Position numbers and translations under genes: made by a program. A DNA stretch of 64,000 nucleotides. Origin: Ascidiella aspersa (lineage: Eukaryota). Below, piece by piece: positions 51,784-64,000 of this stretch. Numbering within the stretch: position 1 is the first letter of the stretch; the number at the start of each line of letters is the position of its first letter. The stretch lies in assembly GCA_963924565.1 (NCBI GenBank), contig OZ004609.1:16182001-16246000 (forward strand). Direction: 5' to 3'. The notes beneath the pieces were generated by a model. It made no database searches. It was not told where the DNA came from and saw nothing but the letters and a program-made list of their open reading frames with translations.

Positions 51784-53216
51784 GTTCTATAGTGCAAAGT
51801 TCATAGAAATTATACTTCTATAGAGATTTCTATAGAGACTTTGCTATAGTGTGTTCTTTTTGATTCGGCGCACCTGGAATAAAGACTTACCATCGCCTTA
51901 ATACAATAATTTAAACCAGTGCTCCAAGATTTAACGCGGAAAATGTGCATGTATATCTAATCAAGGCAGGTACTTTGACCTTATGTAAAATATAGGTGTA
52001 CTTGTATAAACATTCTTAGGTAAAAATAGCTTCTGTTTACTAAAAATTACCCTTAAAAACGTGAGTAACGCACGTCCGGGAAGTCACACGGTTTGCGCAG
52101 CATTAACCTAACGCAGCTCTTCTTCACCGGTGCGCTATGGAAGCTGCCAGGTGCGCCGCGTAAAAAGAAAAAAATAACGTAATTATATATGACATTATTT
52201 TTTACTTTCCTATTAGGCTTATAGCTCATAACCTCCACAGTACTTTCAAGTAGAAGACACAATATCTACAAAGCAACAATATTTAAATCAGAATAATGTA
52301 TTAACATAGTATAAAGACCACCGACATAATATAGCCAAATCGCAGTAATAACCATGACAGAATAAGATCTAAAATTGTGTAGGCAAGGCCTAAACATGTC
52401 TAAATAAGTCCTAAATTATTCGGAATAAGTTCTGAATAGACAAAATAACGCCTAAAACTGTAAGAAGAGGGTTTTTAAGAAATAAGGGCAATTTAAGAAA
52501 TGTTGATAAAATTTCGACGTTTTTTTGTCAATCGCCGTAGTCATGTTTTCTATTGTTATGCAAATTTACCTTGGCGTTACAATGGATTTGTAATGTCAAA
52601 TATTAGTGCCCTAAATCTGCGCTTTCGTTACCAGTGGGCTGCTGAGATCTTTTAGCTTAGGGGTTCTTTTAAAATAACTCACAGATGGTGCAAAGAGACA
52701 ATTAAATGTTAAACCTGCAAATTAGGCGAAAGTTGTTTTAATATCTTCGTTTTTCTTTAGCTAAACGTTTGTTTGGCAATGAAGTTGTAAGTCAGCATCG
52801 AACATTCAAGTTGTTTATATGTCACAATTACGAATTGTACGAAGGTGGGTTGTAGACTGCTATAGCTGTAAATTCATTGTCATTCCAGAAATATGATTTT
52901 CACATGTGATAGTGTGTACGGCGCCTTTTTCACTGAAGCTTTTCTTCAAACGATAAAAATGTACTAAAACAATAAATACGTTCTCGCGTTTGTGTTTTGT
53001 AAAATTGTGTTTTACTTTTGGGTTTTTTATTAATGACCTAATACAATTTTGTTTACACAAAAATATATTACCTGTTCCACGATACAAATCAATTTATTTA
53101 TCGTCATTTGGTTTGATCAATTTTTCGATGTAAAGATGCACTGTTATTCAGAAAAATTTTTGCAACATAGTTTTGTCCATCCTATCCGATTTTATTTGAT
53201 TTCATTTACTCATTAC

Positions 53217-54607
53217 TAGGGCGATTATTTTTTTACCTAAAAATTAAGAAAATTTGACCTTTAAAATTTCAATTTTGACAAATTTTGACCTAAAAATAAT
53301 TTATTTTGACAAATTTTTTTTTTTCTGTTAGAAATACATTGTTATATAAATACGAATAGTAAACATATTGGACACACTTCATGATAACTTTGCAAAAGTC
53401 AAAAGTGAAGTGTGCTACAGCACCAAGATTGTTTCAGTGAGAAAAATGCTGAGTTGTTTAAGACCAGGGGTCGGCAACCTTTTCCTAGTCGCGGGCCAAC
53501 ACCAAACTCAGAAAGGTCTTTGTGGGCCGCACAAAATATTAACTCAGAATTGTGTTATTAAAATGTTAGAACAACTTTTAATTAGGCGGACCTCGTATCT
53601 TTTTTTGCACTTAAAAACGATAATTACATTTAAGGAGGCAGTAAAGTGTAGGCGCAAAGCGAGAGAAAAGGCGTTGTTTGGTTTAAAATTCGAGTCCAAA
53701 CTTCGTCATCCATACTACTAATGAAAAGTGCAATAAAACTTATTTGAAGAAACGCGATAACTTTAACAGTTAATCTTTGTTTAGCGTTTGTTAGCCTTTA
53801 AGTGAGCGCGCACGTGGCGGGCGAAGCGAGCGCGATTTTTTTTAAGTATACCGGCATTTCTTTTAAATTTCATTTTCTTTTAAAGTTTTTATTACATTGC
53901 GTCTTCCATTAACGGTAAGGAAGCGCTGATCTAGTTCAGAAGACCGCATCAACACGTAAACAAGCCGGACGTAGAAAGGATTCGCGCGAAGCGGGGAATT
54001 TTTTCAAACTTACGTAGTTAAATAGCCAAAAAGTATTTGAAATGGACTCGTATCTAGTTAGTCAAAGAGGCGGCGGGCCGAATAAGTTACATTAGCTGGG
54101 CGCATCCGGCCGGGGGGCTGTAGTTTTCCGACCCATGTTTTAAAGTTTAGGTCTTACAATAGCATCAAATTGGGGCTTTCTGTCGCTGACTGATATCCTC
54201 AAACGCTCACATAAATTGGCATTTGGGAGTCTCGTTCTATGCTTGATTCTTTTACAAAATTCATTAACACTAACAATTGATATTCACATGAAAACACGGT
54301 AGAAAGTTTATTTTTTTAAGACTACATTAAAGATCCGCACAAAACGCTGAAAAGATCCGGAACCGGATCGCGATCCGCCAATTGAACATGACCGGCCTAT
54401 ATCAAAACTAAATTTTTTGATTCAATTGAACGACAAATTTTAAGAAAACTGAACGAACACTTTCAAAAAGCTGACTACAGTTTTTTTTTAATTTTGTAAA
54501 CGATTTATGTGCATTTTTATTCGATTTTGACTTGACAAAATTTGACCTAACGTATAAATTTTGACAAAATTTTGACTTTTTCTGACAAGTCAAAAATATT
54601 CGCCCTA
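53217..54607. mobile_element. Non-autonomous hAT-like element with 8-bp TSD
   Basis: TIRs tagggcgattattttt / aaaaatattcgcccta; TSD ctcattac at 53209-53216 and 54608-54615; subterminal aaaattttgacc repeats; partial copy at ~51572. Confidence 0.85.
53465..54137. mobile_element. hAT-like MITE nested in the 53217-54607 element
   Basis: caggggtcggcaacct...gcgggcc ... gggccg...tagttttccgacccatg. Confidence 0.75.
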
Positions 54608-55519
54608 CTCATTACTAAGGTCGCGTTAGGAATCTTAGTTACCTTCGATTGTAAAATTACTTTTTTATAAATTCCTAATGGTTTGATAATAATTTCAGGC
54701 AACCCTGTTTGTTAACTGTGTGAGTGTTTTCGCCAGCGTAACAACGTTCTGCACAAAAACAGAATATTAGTCCATACTCAGGATGAAATTAAAGCGATTT
54801 TAAGCGAAAGAAAACTGCATAAAATCAAACGAGAGCCCAGTCAAGTTATATTTTTAAAAGAATGATTGTTCTAGAAGTCAATAATTGAGTGTTTAGATTT
54901 AATTGAAGTTCTGCATTATGATTGATAGTTGGCGCAAAGTTTTTTTTTTAAAGAAAATCATTTACTCTAAGGTTGTGATGAAACCTATATGTGTTTCATT
55001 ATATCGATGTGAATGGATGTCTTTAAGCCTGTTTGTCGTTAACAACATTAAATTATTAAGTTACTCAGGTAAGTTGTTAAAGACTACTTTTTTAAGCCAG
55101 AGGGTCTCAAACTGCCCGTCGCGGCGTCCTGGTGCGTCGTTTTATTCTCAACGATCGCAACGATTTTCCGTATTAAAACACCCGCTTTCAAAAAATATTA
55201 TTTGCCTGACGGGTATATTCATTATTACAAAACTGTACCAATTTATCACAATTATTCAATTTGGCGTGCGAGAAAGATGAGCTTGATGCCTGGATCGGTC
55301 AGTTATATCAGTGACCATATTGAAGGCAGTACTTGTTATAATAAGTGCACGGCACTAGTTATATATGGATAAAAAATATAGGAAGGTAATGTTACGGCCA
55401 AAACGCAAATATACGATTTAAGGTGATCTTCTTGCCAATGAATGTTGCACTGAATATGTGAATAATAGAAATCACCTTGACCCTTGCAAGATAAATGTCG
55501 ACCTTAATTCCTGATCAGT

Positions 55520-56041
55520 AACAGCAAAATAATCTAGCAAAGCTAGCAATTCAGGTCAGACACATTAACCAGATCTTAAAAAGATATATATATATTTCGC
55601 CAACTAAAGCATCGTCAGTATATCTGAATAAAAACAAACGCAACAGTATAAGAATGAGTCCGAAAACATTAAAGTTTAAATAAAACAAAGTAAAATAACT
55701 AAAATATAAAAGCTGTTAAATAGTAATGGCATCCAAGTTGTACAACCCCTGTACAGAAGCATAAAGCCAGAATCAATATTCAAAAAATGGTACTGCTCCA
55801 AATTAAGTAGTTGTCTAGTTCTTATCGTTTTCTTACGCCTCTACTCCATTTTTTCTTTTTGCCTTGCCGTTTTTGTGCCGTTATTTTGCGTTGCCGCGTT
55901 TCTCTCGACCCGTTCTTATTGCTTCTGTACAGGGGTTGTACAACTTGGATGCCATTACTATTTAACAGCTTTTATATTTTAGTTATTATGTGGCCCGAAA
56001 AAAAAAATTTTTTTTTGGACACATGTTGTTTTTGTCCGAAT

Positions 56042-56077
<36 letters not shown>

Positions 56078-57584
56078 CAGTCAATTTTTATGGCTCACTT
56101 TTGACAAGGAAAAAAACATAGTTGGAACATGAAATTTTCACAACTGTTAAATACCCTCCCAAAGTTGTTTCTAATATAAAAAAAAATTGCCTAGGTTCTA
56201 AGGGGTGGTTTTTAGGGGGGTAAAACTGTCATTTTTTGTTAATTTTGGTTTTCGGCACTTTTCAGAGATGAAAAAATGTAAAAAAAATCTGATATATTTA
56301 TGGATGATGGATACATGACATATACAATGCTAAGTAACAAAATTTTAAACATTAGCCCTGAACTGTTTATCCGGGGGGTCAAACAGCACAACACTTTAGG
56401 AAATTTCAATGATATATTTACACTAGAAGGAAATGACATAAAAATCTGAAAATTTCACAAATGTTAGAGAACCATTTAAAGCTGATGTTAAATTAAAAAC
56501 ATTTTACCTCTTGAAAATAGGGGAGTATTTTAGGGGGGCAAAATTAAAATTCGGCCATTTTTGTGTTTAGAGGTGTCTAAAAAACTAAAGAAAACATTGT
56601 TAAATAGTTTTCAATTATAAAGAAAAATTATAGGTTGCTTCACAGCAAAATTTTGACCTTCAACTCAAAATAATTAACCCATGGGGGAAAATAATTAACC
56701 AAAAATATAGAAATTAAAGTGATTTTTTGATGGAAAAAAAATTGCAAACAAAGTGGTGTACACTGCCTGGCAGATTTTTTATTTAAACTTGCGGCGGTAA
56801 AATATGTTGTTTTGTAAGAGCAATAAGTTAATTACTAAGACGAGACACTTTGCACAATGGATGTTGCACGCGCTCGACAAAAAAAGCACAGCAGGGAGCC
56901 AGCCGCTTCGCGGCCAGAATAAGGCAAGCGATATGAACAAATTCTGTATTGAAGGTTTTATGCCGCTAGATTAGAGTAGATAGCTGTAACGAACTAAATC
57001 GAACACATCACACTATTGATTTTTGTCCCCAATTAGAGGCGTATAGGGGTGCAAGAAAAAATTGTCAAATATTTTTCAATTATAAAGACAAGTTATAGGT
57101 TTGCTTCGCAGCCAAATTTATATTAAGACCACTGGCAATCAATCTTGTAAAAGTGCACCATGTCCAACCTATAACACGCAACTTCGGGCCACATCCGCTT
57201 TTGCCTGCTAAAGCACCGAAACTGGAAGCACAACATTGGGAGTATATGGACACTGACAAATAAGACCCGTTGAAAGAATATAGAATAACCAAGGAATAAC
57301 ACCCTGGTAAAGTATAGTGGAACTGCGCTATACCCCCCCTGGTATAATATAGTAGAACCGCGCTATAACCCCCTAGCAAAATATACAAAAACCGCACACC
57401 CTGTCTAGTTTTACTTTGTTTTATTTAAACTTTAATGTTTTCGGACTCATTCTTATACTGTTGCGTTTGTTTTTATTCAGATATACTGACGATGCCTTAG
57501 TTGGCGAAATATATATATATCTTTTTAAGATCTGGTTAATGTGTCTGACCTGAATTGCTAGCTTTGCTAGATTATTTTGCTGTT
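55520..57584. mobile_element. Foldback element with ~240-bp near-identical inverted arms; right arm split by an insertion
   Basis: 55520-55695 is the reverse complement of 57409-57584 (one mismatch seen) and 55696-55761 of 55920-55985. Confidence 0.85.
55986..57408 (+). mobile_element. Non-autonomous Helitron/Helentron-like element
   Basis: Inserted between A and T of the foldback arm with no TSD, ends ...gtCTAG; subterminal ~30-bp tandem repeats; same 3' end seen at 763-803. Confidence 0.7.
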
Positions 57585-59185
57585 CTTGCCAATGACTCAT
57601 TAAAATTCTTGGTTTATATTTTTCATGAAAGTGGTGAGAAAGCCCTAATGTGTTATTAGCAGCGAGGTGAGACCAATAACAGCATGAAGGCCAATGAGCT
57701 TATATTAGACGTCAAGAAGAATTATTACATACGCAATTCGTGAATAAACCCACTTTTTTGTTTAAAAGTTTAACGCTCTTCCTACTCGTAACAGTCCTGT
57801 GTATGTCACACTTTCGTATGTTATTTTAAATGTAATGTGCTGTTTTTATATGCAGTTCAACTTTTGTACACAAATAAGTAAATAAAATTTATTAAAATAC
57901 CTATCGCTGGGTGCGTCGCAAGATTATTAATTTTTTTCCAAGGGCGCTGCGAGGAAAAATGTTTGAGAACCGACTTAGATAAAGAAATTTCGTTACGTAA
58001 ATCCATCCCTAGTTGCAATCAAAGGCGGATCCCGAGTAGAGGAAACCAGGTAATGGACCCCCAACACTATATTTGTAGCCACTATAACTATGTAAACGCA
58101 AAAAATATTATTATGGTATGTTTAAGGCGAAGTTGGCGTAGGAAATCTTACTAAAACCAACCTTATAAAAATCCAGACGCTTGACTAGATAACCATTTGG
58201 TTTTCAAAAATACATTTTCCTTTTTTTCATGCAAAATAAATATAATTGATTGGTTCACCGTAATCACCTAACATTTAGCTATAGGCCTTCTTCTATTCCA
58301 AAAGCCGCAAGAGCAACCAAACTTTTCCATGTGTGTCATAGTGCTCCAACCCATAACTAACAAAAAAAACAAGCTATAACAGTCCTCGCAGGTATCTGTT
58401 TTGCTGCTACGCTAAGATTTTTTTTAAAAAGTTTAGATTCCTCTGAATGAATTTACCTTGATTATAATTTAGATTAGGTTAATTGAAGCGGTGATACATC
58501 CTTCAACTTAATTTCATATAACCTAACTGACAAACAACAACTGAATGACAGGTACCGCTGTTGTACAATTCTTTTCTGACACCACATCACAGTTTTAAAG
58601 TTTACGCTTCTTTCCGTGAAGTTTTCTGGAATTTGCAATTATCATTGATCTAAGGCACATAGAAATACAATTTCCGCAAAGAAGTGAAACGTAAAACAGG
58701 TCACAATATGACAAACCACAGAAAAAAGGTCGAAGTTCAAGTTTAGAGGTCGGAGTTCAAGTTTAGAGCACGTAAACGGAAAACACAAACAAGAATGTTT
58801 TATATGAACTGGCGAACAACTAAAATGTAAGTTAACATTTTAAGTCAAAGCCAACACAAGTATGTGCTAGCCAAAGTACATTGCAGTTTGTTGTTTTAAA
58901 TTAATTAATCTTACAATATTTGTCAACCGACAATATATCAAACATTGTTGATTATCGTGGTAAATACGATTTATAAATAGGCCTAATGTCAAATAGTGAT
59001 ACAAACAACGCCGGTTTTAGGAATAGGTAACGTGTACCAGACACACAACAACAAAAAATAACTTTTTATATATATTGCATTATGAAATCATTTATAACAA
59101 AAAAGCAAGTTGTTGGTATCATCAATAGGTCGCCACAGTGTGGGTATCTTCAAATGTTAAATCAACTGTGAGAAAGTCTCCTCAA

Positions 59186-62100
59186 TCACGCCCATTCTAT
59201 TCCGGAAGTTGGCGCTGCTAAGATGTGAGGCAGCTGCATTTGGTGCCTGGGAAGGATTCCCTGTATAGTTGGTAGGGAAGCAGGGAAGGCACCGCCTTGT
59301 GGCAAAGTCTGGATTGGTTGGGCACCCACGTAAACTATTTCGCGCGCTTGAATCATGCCACCCTCCGAGAGTACGAATGATGCTTGTTTAAGGTGGGTTT
59401 GAGCGCCCCCGCTCGGTGCTGTGAGGTAGTGCCCGGCAACGGTGCCACTGTTGAGGGAGGCGAGGTCTGGTAACGAAATCGCTAGTCCGGGATTTCCCAA
59501 AGGTAGGCCTGCAGTTGTCAATGGCGATTTGCCGGGAGTTGCGGCAAAGGGCAGCCTCTACAAAATTTGCAAAGCATATGACCTAATTAGATTTTTATCT
59601 TCATTTATAAAAAAAAAACAATGGGACATTCATGAGTTTTCGTTTTCGATACGTACCAGAGTTGTTGCGGAACGTACGAGCAACTGTTGTTGTTGACTCC
59701 GCTCATACGGAGTCCATCTGGGCTTTGGAGGTTTTCCCTCTAGAATATTTCTATGTCGTTGACTTGCCAAATGCTATAAAAATTATAAAAAATATGAATT
59801 AATTACCAAAATTGTTATCCTGACTTTATTCTAAGTTTGACATTACCTGTGAAAGTTGTATATCGGAATTCAGTGTTACTTTGCAAATGTTGCACCGATA
59901 TTGTTCCTAAAAGACAAATTACGTAATTATGAATTATAAAGGTTTTATACGATATAAGTAAATTGTAACGACACAAGGTTTTCCGATTAATCTGGCTAAG
60001 TTCAAAAAGCAATCATAACAAAAATGGCAAAAGATGTCGATACGTGTAATATATTAGCCTTTTTTGAAGCAAGAATAGTTTATCAAAGTGGAAACTGATA
60101 TCGAAGTAAATTGTAACATAACGTCAATATACAAGCCGTGGTAACTTTACTGTTTTGTACTAAATACATAGTTTTCTCTTTAGAAATGTTTTCGGTTGTT
60201 TGGATACAACACATGTTTTTCCTTCAAAAATATAAGGTGCCAGCAATAAAAGCTGAGAATTTTTATAATTTGTGAAACGAAAATGACGCAAACAAAATCA
60301 GTCAGGATGATCTTAAAACTTTAAAATATATATTACGAGCAATGTTCCTTCCAAGGTGATGAAACAAAGTGCATGAATATTGGTGACACAAAATCAAGGA
60401 GAAACTATGTAAAGTACAGGTGTATTTCGCGTTTTAGTTACTAATAGTGAGGTGAGGTGAGGTTAGTAATTTGTTTATTCATCTGCGGCAAGGAGACAAA
60501 AATAAAACGAACGGGAATTGGGGAAAGAGATGGTAGTAGAACAGGTTAGAGATAAGGATGTACAAAACTACCGAACTTTAGGCGTTATCAATTGAGGCTG
60601 ATGGCGAAATGACTTTTGTTTTCCAGCTTGTTTTAAGTATTGTTTTAAATTACCTTATTTTAATTCATTTTGACTATGCTTCATTCGAGTACTTTTATTT
60701 CTGTTGACTGATTTGTATGTACAGAAAACCGATGATACTTTTCCGCACGGCAAATATTATAAGATTGAAGACTAAGAGAACTGATTTAGTTTAAACCTAT
60801 TACGTTTTCGAATATTACTATTAATCGTTACCGCACGAAGTTTTGGCTTTTCTTCTCTCCCGGGTTTTGGTGGAGTAGGAATGCCTTGTAATGTATTCTT
60901 GTGTCGGAGGCTGCTTAAATGCTGTTTCATTTGATTGTCCGAGTTTACGTAAACCTCACACGTCGTGCAATGTAGCGACTCCTTCAACACTGCGTAAAAA
61001 TTATCAAAATGTAGTAGACTTGTATGGAACTGACGGTCTTATGATGAGGGCTAGCATAAATCATTTGCCAAACCTGCCGTGCTTTAACGTTGTTCATGAG
61101 TCGATTAAACACAAACGTTGACCAAAAATTAAGAGTTATAAGTATTAAATACCAAACATGTTCAATTAGATACCAGTCAAACTATATACTATGCACCAAC
61201 CAACATCTAATATTGGAATTAGTTTAAATTTCAATAAAAGTTTATCAAGTAACGTCTATCAAACAAAGCAAAGAAGTAGGCTACAAATAGTTAACTAACC
61301 TCTACTTGGTGGTTTGTCAATCTTGGTGATGTATGATGGCAGCGGATCGGGCAAAATAACCTCCTGTTTGGAAGGTGAAATACGATTTTTCATTGAAGAG
61401 TCTCTACCATTTTCGCTGTTGCATGACACCCCGGCGTCAAATTTCTGAGATAAATCATCACAGTTTCCGATCGTTTCGGTAGTTCCATGGCTGCTACCGA
61501 CCATTTCGCTTGACTGCTCGCTGTCATTTGAGCCAATTTGGGCTTTCTACGTGAAACAGAAAGCGGTTTCAAGCCACATACATCTGATTTATCGGGGCTT
61601 TGGTATTTCTTTATTAAATGTGCTTGTTAAAGCTTTACTAGAACTAAAAGCCGATTTTGTTACAAAAAATATAGACAGTGCGATTTATATTTTATTAAAA
61701 ATTTAATATTTCAGGTGATTCAAAAATCTTAACCTACCTCGTCAGTAATGGCTGAGGTTGCATTAGACGATAAGTCGTTAGTTTTGCTTAACGTGTCGTT
61801 TCCAGGAAAATCCGTTGCCGTGCTGGCGTTTAACGCATCAACGTTGTCTGCGGTGCTGAATGGCAAACAAAAGTCCGCTTTTGGAACAACAACACTGTGA
61901 ACAGCATCAGCGAAGTTTGTCGTTTTTACTAATGTTGTCGGGATATGCAGCGATGGTTGCTGACAGTGTCGTGGTGTTTCTCCATCTTTGGCTTGTGTGT
62001 TGCTGGACGACCGTGTTTGCGTAACTTGGCCATCATTATGAATGACAGTGGAATTAATAGTATTACAGTCCTTTGCGTTATCATTGAAATTCTGGGAACG

Positions 62101-62762
62101 GGCATAAGGGTGATATCGAACAGTTTGGTCGGCACCCAAATGAGTTTTAACAGTAGAGCTAACGGATATGAGCGGACTGTCGCCATTGGGCCTGTTGTCG
62201 CCAAGGTTGCTCTGGTCTGTGTCAACGGCTCCACTTTGTATGCTAATCGCACCTTCTTCACGGATCGACGATTTCGAGCTTTGTGCCGATGGTGTTTTGG
62301 CAGCTAACTGATAATTGTTGTCTGCCACTGCCGAAAACGTCTTTAATTCACTCGCTTTAATGTCAATGCGAGACTTGCCTCTGTTAATGACAGCCACCGA
62401 GACTTCCTCTGCACGACCTGTGAATTTAAGTAAAATACATGTTAAATTTGTCATCCGAAAAGGTATCGAATTAAAGTTAGTACATAAACAAAATCAAAAA
62501 ATGTAACAACTTAATCACTATGCCCAATGCCAAATCAAAATCTGTACGATTGAAAGAAGAAACCAATCGCGACACATTGTAAAAGGTGTGCCAAACAGAA
62601 CTTACCACATAAGTACATTCATTGTAAAATTCGATGATCTAATTCTAATGCATCAGATAAAACTATGCGAACGCAACAAAACTCACCTTGATCAAGACCA
62701 ACACGATTCTCGAGCAAGGTACGCGAGTGCTTTTTGGTCTTGATACGCATGTCACACTGAAC
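59186..62762 (-). CDS. ZNF385: ZNF385-like matrin/U1-type C2H2 zinc-finger RNA-binding protein, 3' part; exons 62762-62687, 62417-61738, 61546-61300, 60989-60832, 59906-59847, 59773-59657, 59557-59186; 5' exons not identified
   Basis: LHCTTCEVYVNSDNQMKQHLSSLRHK and YRCNICKVTLNSDIQLSQ|HLASQRHRNILEGKPPKPRWTPY, matching the ZNF385 terminal finger + KPxKPxYxPY signature; Ala/Pro-rich tail; all junctions in phase. Confidence 0.82.
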
Positions 62763-63682
62763 CTAAACATATTTTATCAGAAATACACAGAGTCAATCAT
62801 ATTATAAAAATAACAAATTGAGTTAATTTCATAAAACTTAGTCTAAGTCGAAGCGTAACTGTGAAATATCATTAAAAACATGACCCTCGTGGCAGGTTGA
62901 CAAAAAACAAGTGTAAAGTGTCATCTACATACAGGCTAAGTGTGTTTTAGTAGCATATATATATAACTGCAACCTATTAATCACATGTTCCGTCTTAAGA
63001 TAAGTTGCGTAAACTAGTTAAAATCAAATTTGAGTTTTTAGTTGAGTAACGCAAACATTCGTTGAACTGCTAACTGCTCTTTTTGTACTAGATGTTATCA
63101 TCGGAAACTGCACCTTCACATAAATTCGAAACTTGCTGTTTCACCAAACTTGTTTTTTGTCTTTGCGCGTCGCACACTAACATACAGACTGTTGCTATAA
63201 TAATCGACCACGCTTGTACATCGATATTTTGTCAACAAAAGAAACAGGGTTGTTGATTCCTATACTCATTAGAATAGTTCGATGGTGCCATTTCACTACA
63301 ACCTCAACTCTCTCATATATATAATTGTGTCATCCTCTACTACAGTCTACAAGTATAGAAATCACAAAAGGGTATTGCTATGCTCAACGCAAGAACATAA
63401 TTATTAGTACAATTGCAGAATAAAGAAATTCAAACATAATTTGTATTTGAATGCCCTTGCTTTTTATTTGCAGAAAGTTTGTGTAAACCTTTAAATTGCT
63501 TTTTTTGTATTTTAATCACCAAAAATAATGTCTGGACTTTAGAAGCCCCTATCGGCAACAAGTTGGTTTGTAATTCTATATCAGTGCTCGCTTCTGCGAA
63601 TCTGGTTTACGTTCCTGTATGTCTACTACATTTTTATAATGTTTTTAGCTCAAAGGAGCCGCGCGTCTCGTCGCACCATCTA

Positions 63683-63723
63683 AAACGTTTTGGCAACTTA
63701 AATAAACGTTTTGGCAACTTAAA
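63683..63723. repeat. 21-bp tandem duplication
   Basis: aaacgttttggcaacttaaa(t) x2. Confidence 0.8.
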
Positions 63724-64000
63724 CAGCCCACCAAAGGTTGTTTTTCGCTTTGTGTGAATCGATAACATCTTTGTAATGAAGCTTTCGTATTGAAAGTAGC
63801 AACTGTCAAACCCAAAACTATAAAATATAAACGAAACTGTGTACGGTGTGTTTTGTAAGATTACTTCTTTATGGCGTCACGTTTAGATTTAATCTTGTGA
63901 CGTAATGTTTTAACGTAACTTTGTGACATCATGCTATGAAGCGACTTTGTGACGTTATCTATGATTCCGAAACAACAATCCCAGACCCGCGCCTGACCGG

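Noticed and set aside
53368-53721. 117-aa plus-strand ORF as transposase
   Set aside because: Crosses a MITE boundary; no DDE/BED/dimerisation motifs.
55811-56104. ORF with poly-Phe
   Set aside because: Spans foldback arm and poly-T run of the inserted element.
42100-59100. Hidden coding gene in the long interval
   Set aside because: No chain of phase-compatible exons or recognisable motifs found by eye; very small exons or lncRNA cannot be excluded.

Overview
AT-rich eukaryotic (animal, probably invertebrate-chordate/ascidian-like; inferred only) genomic DNA with intron-rich genes, all on the minus strand. By walking GT-AG junctions and checking reading-frame phase I reconstructed: (1) a 10-exon, 716-aa Golgi type II carbohydrate sulfotransferase (Sulfotransfer_2; CHST8-14/HNK-1ST family, 14714->5773) whose catalytic domain is interrupted, in frame, by two complete 8-cysteine SUEL/rhamnose-binding (Gal_lectin) lectin domains built from phase 1-1 exon modules - the main discovery; (2) an ARHGAP6/36-family RhoGAP (41729 or 35282 -> 17613) with two alternative long N-termini, an intact arginine finger, a PKI-like RRGAI PKA-pseudosubstrate motif and a C-terminal PDZ ligand; (3) the 3' part of a ZNF385-like matrin-type zinc-finger gene (>=62762->59186); (4) tentative exons of another gene running off the left edge. 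Introns and the ~17 kb gene-free interval (about 42-59 kb) carry many non-autonomous DNA transposons (hAT-like MITEs, one with an 8-bp TSD and nested elements), hairpins, and a foldback element split by a Helitron-like insertion. No rRNA, tRNA or CRISPR seen. Most short ORFs in the track are spurious.
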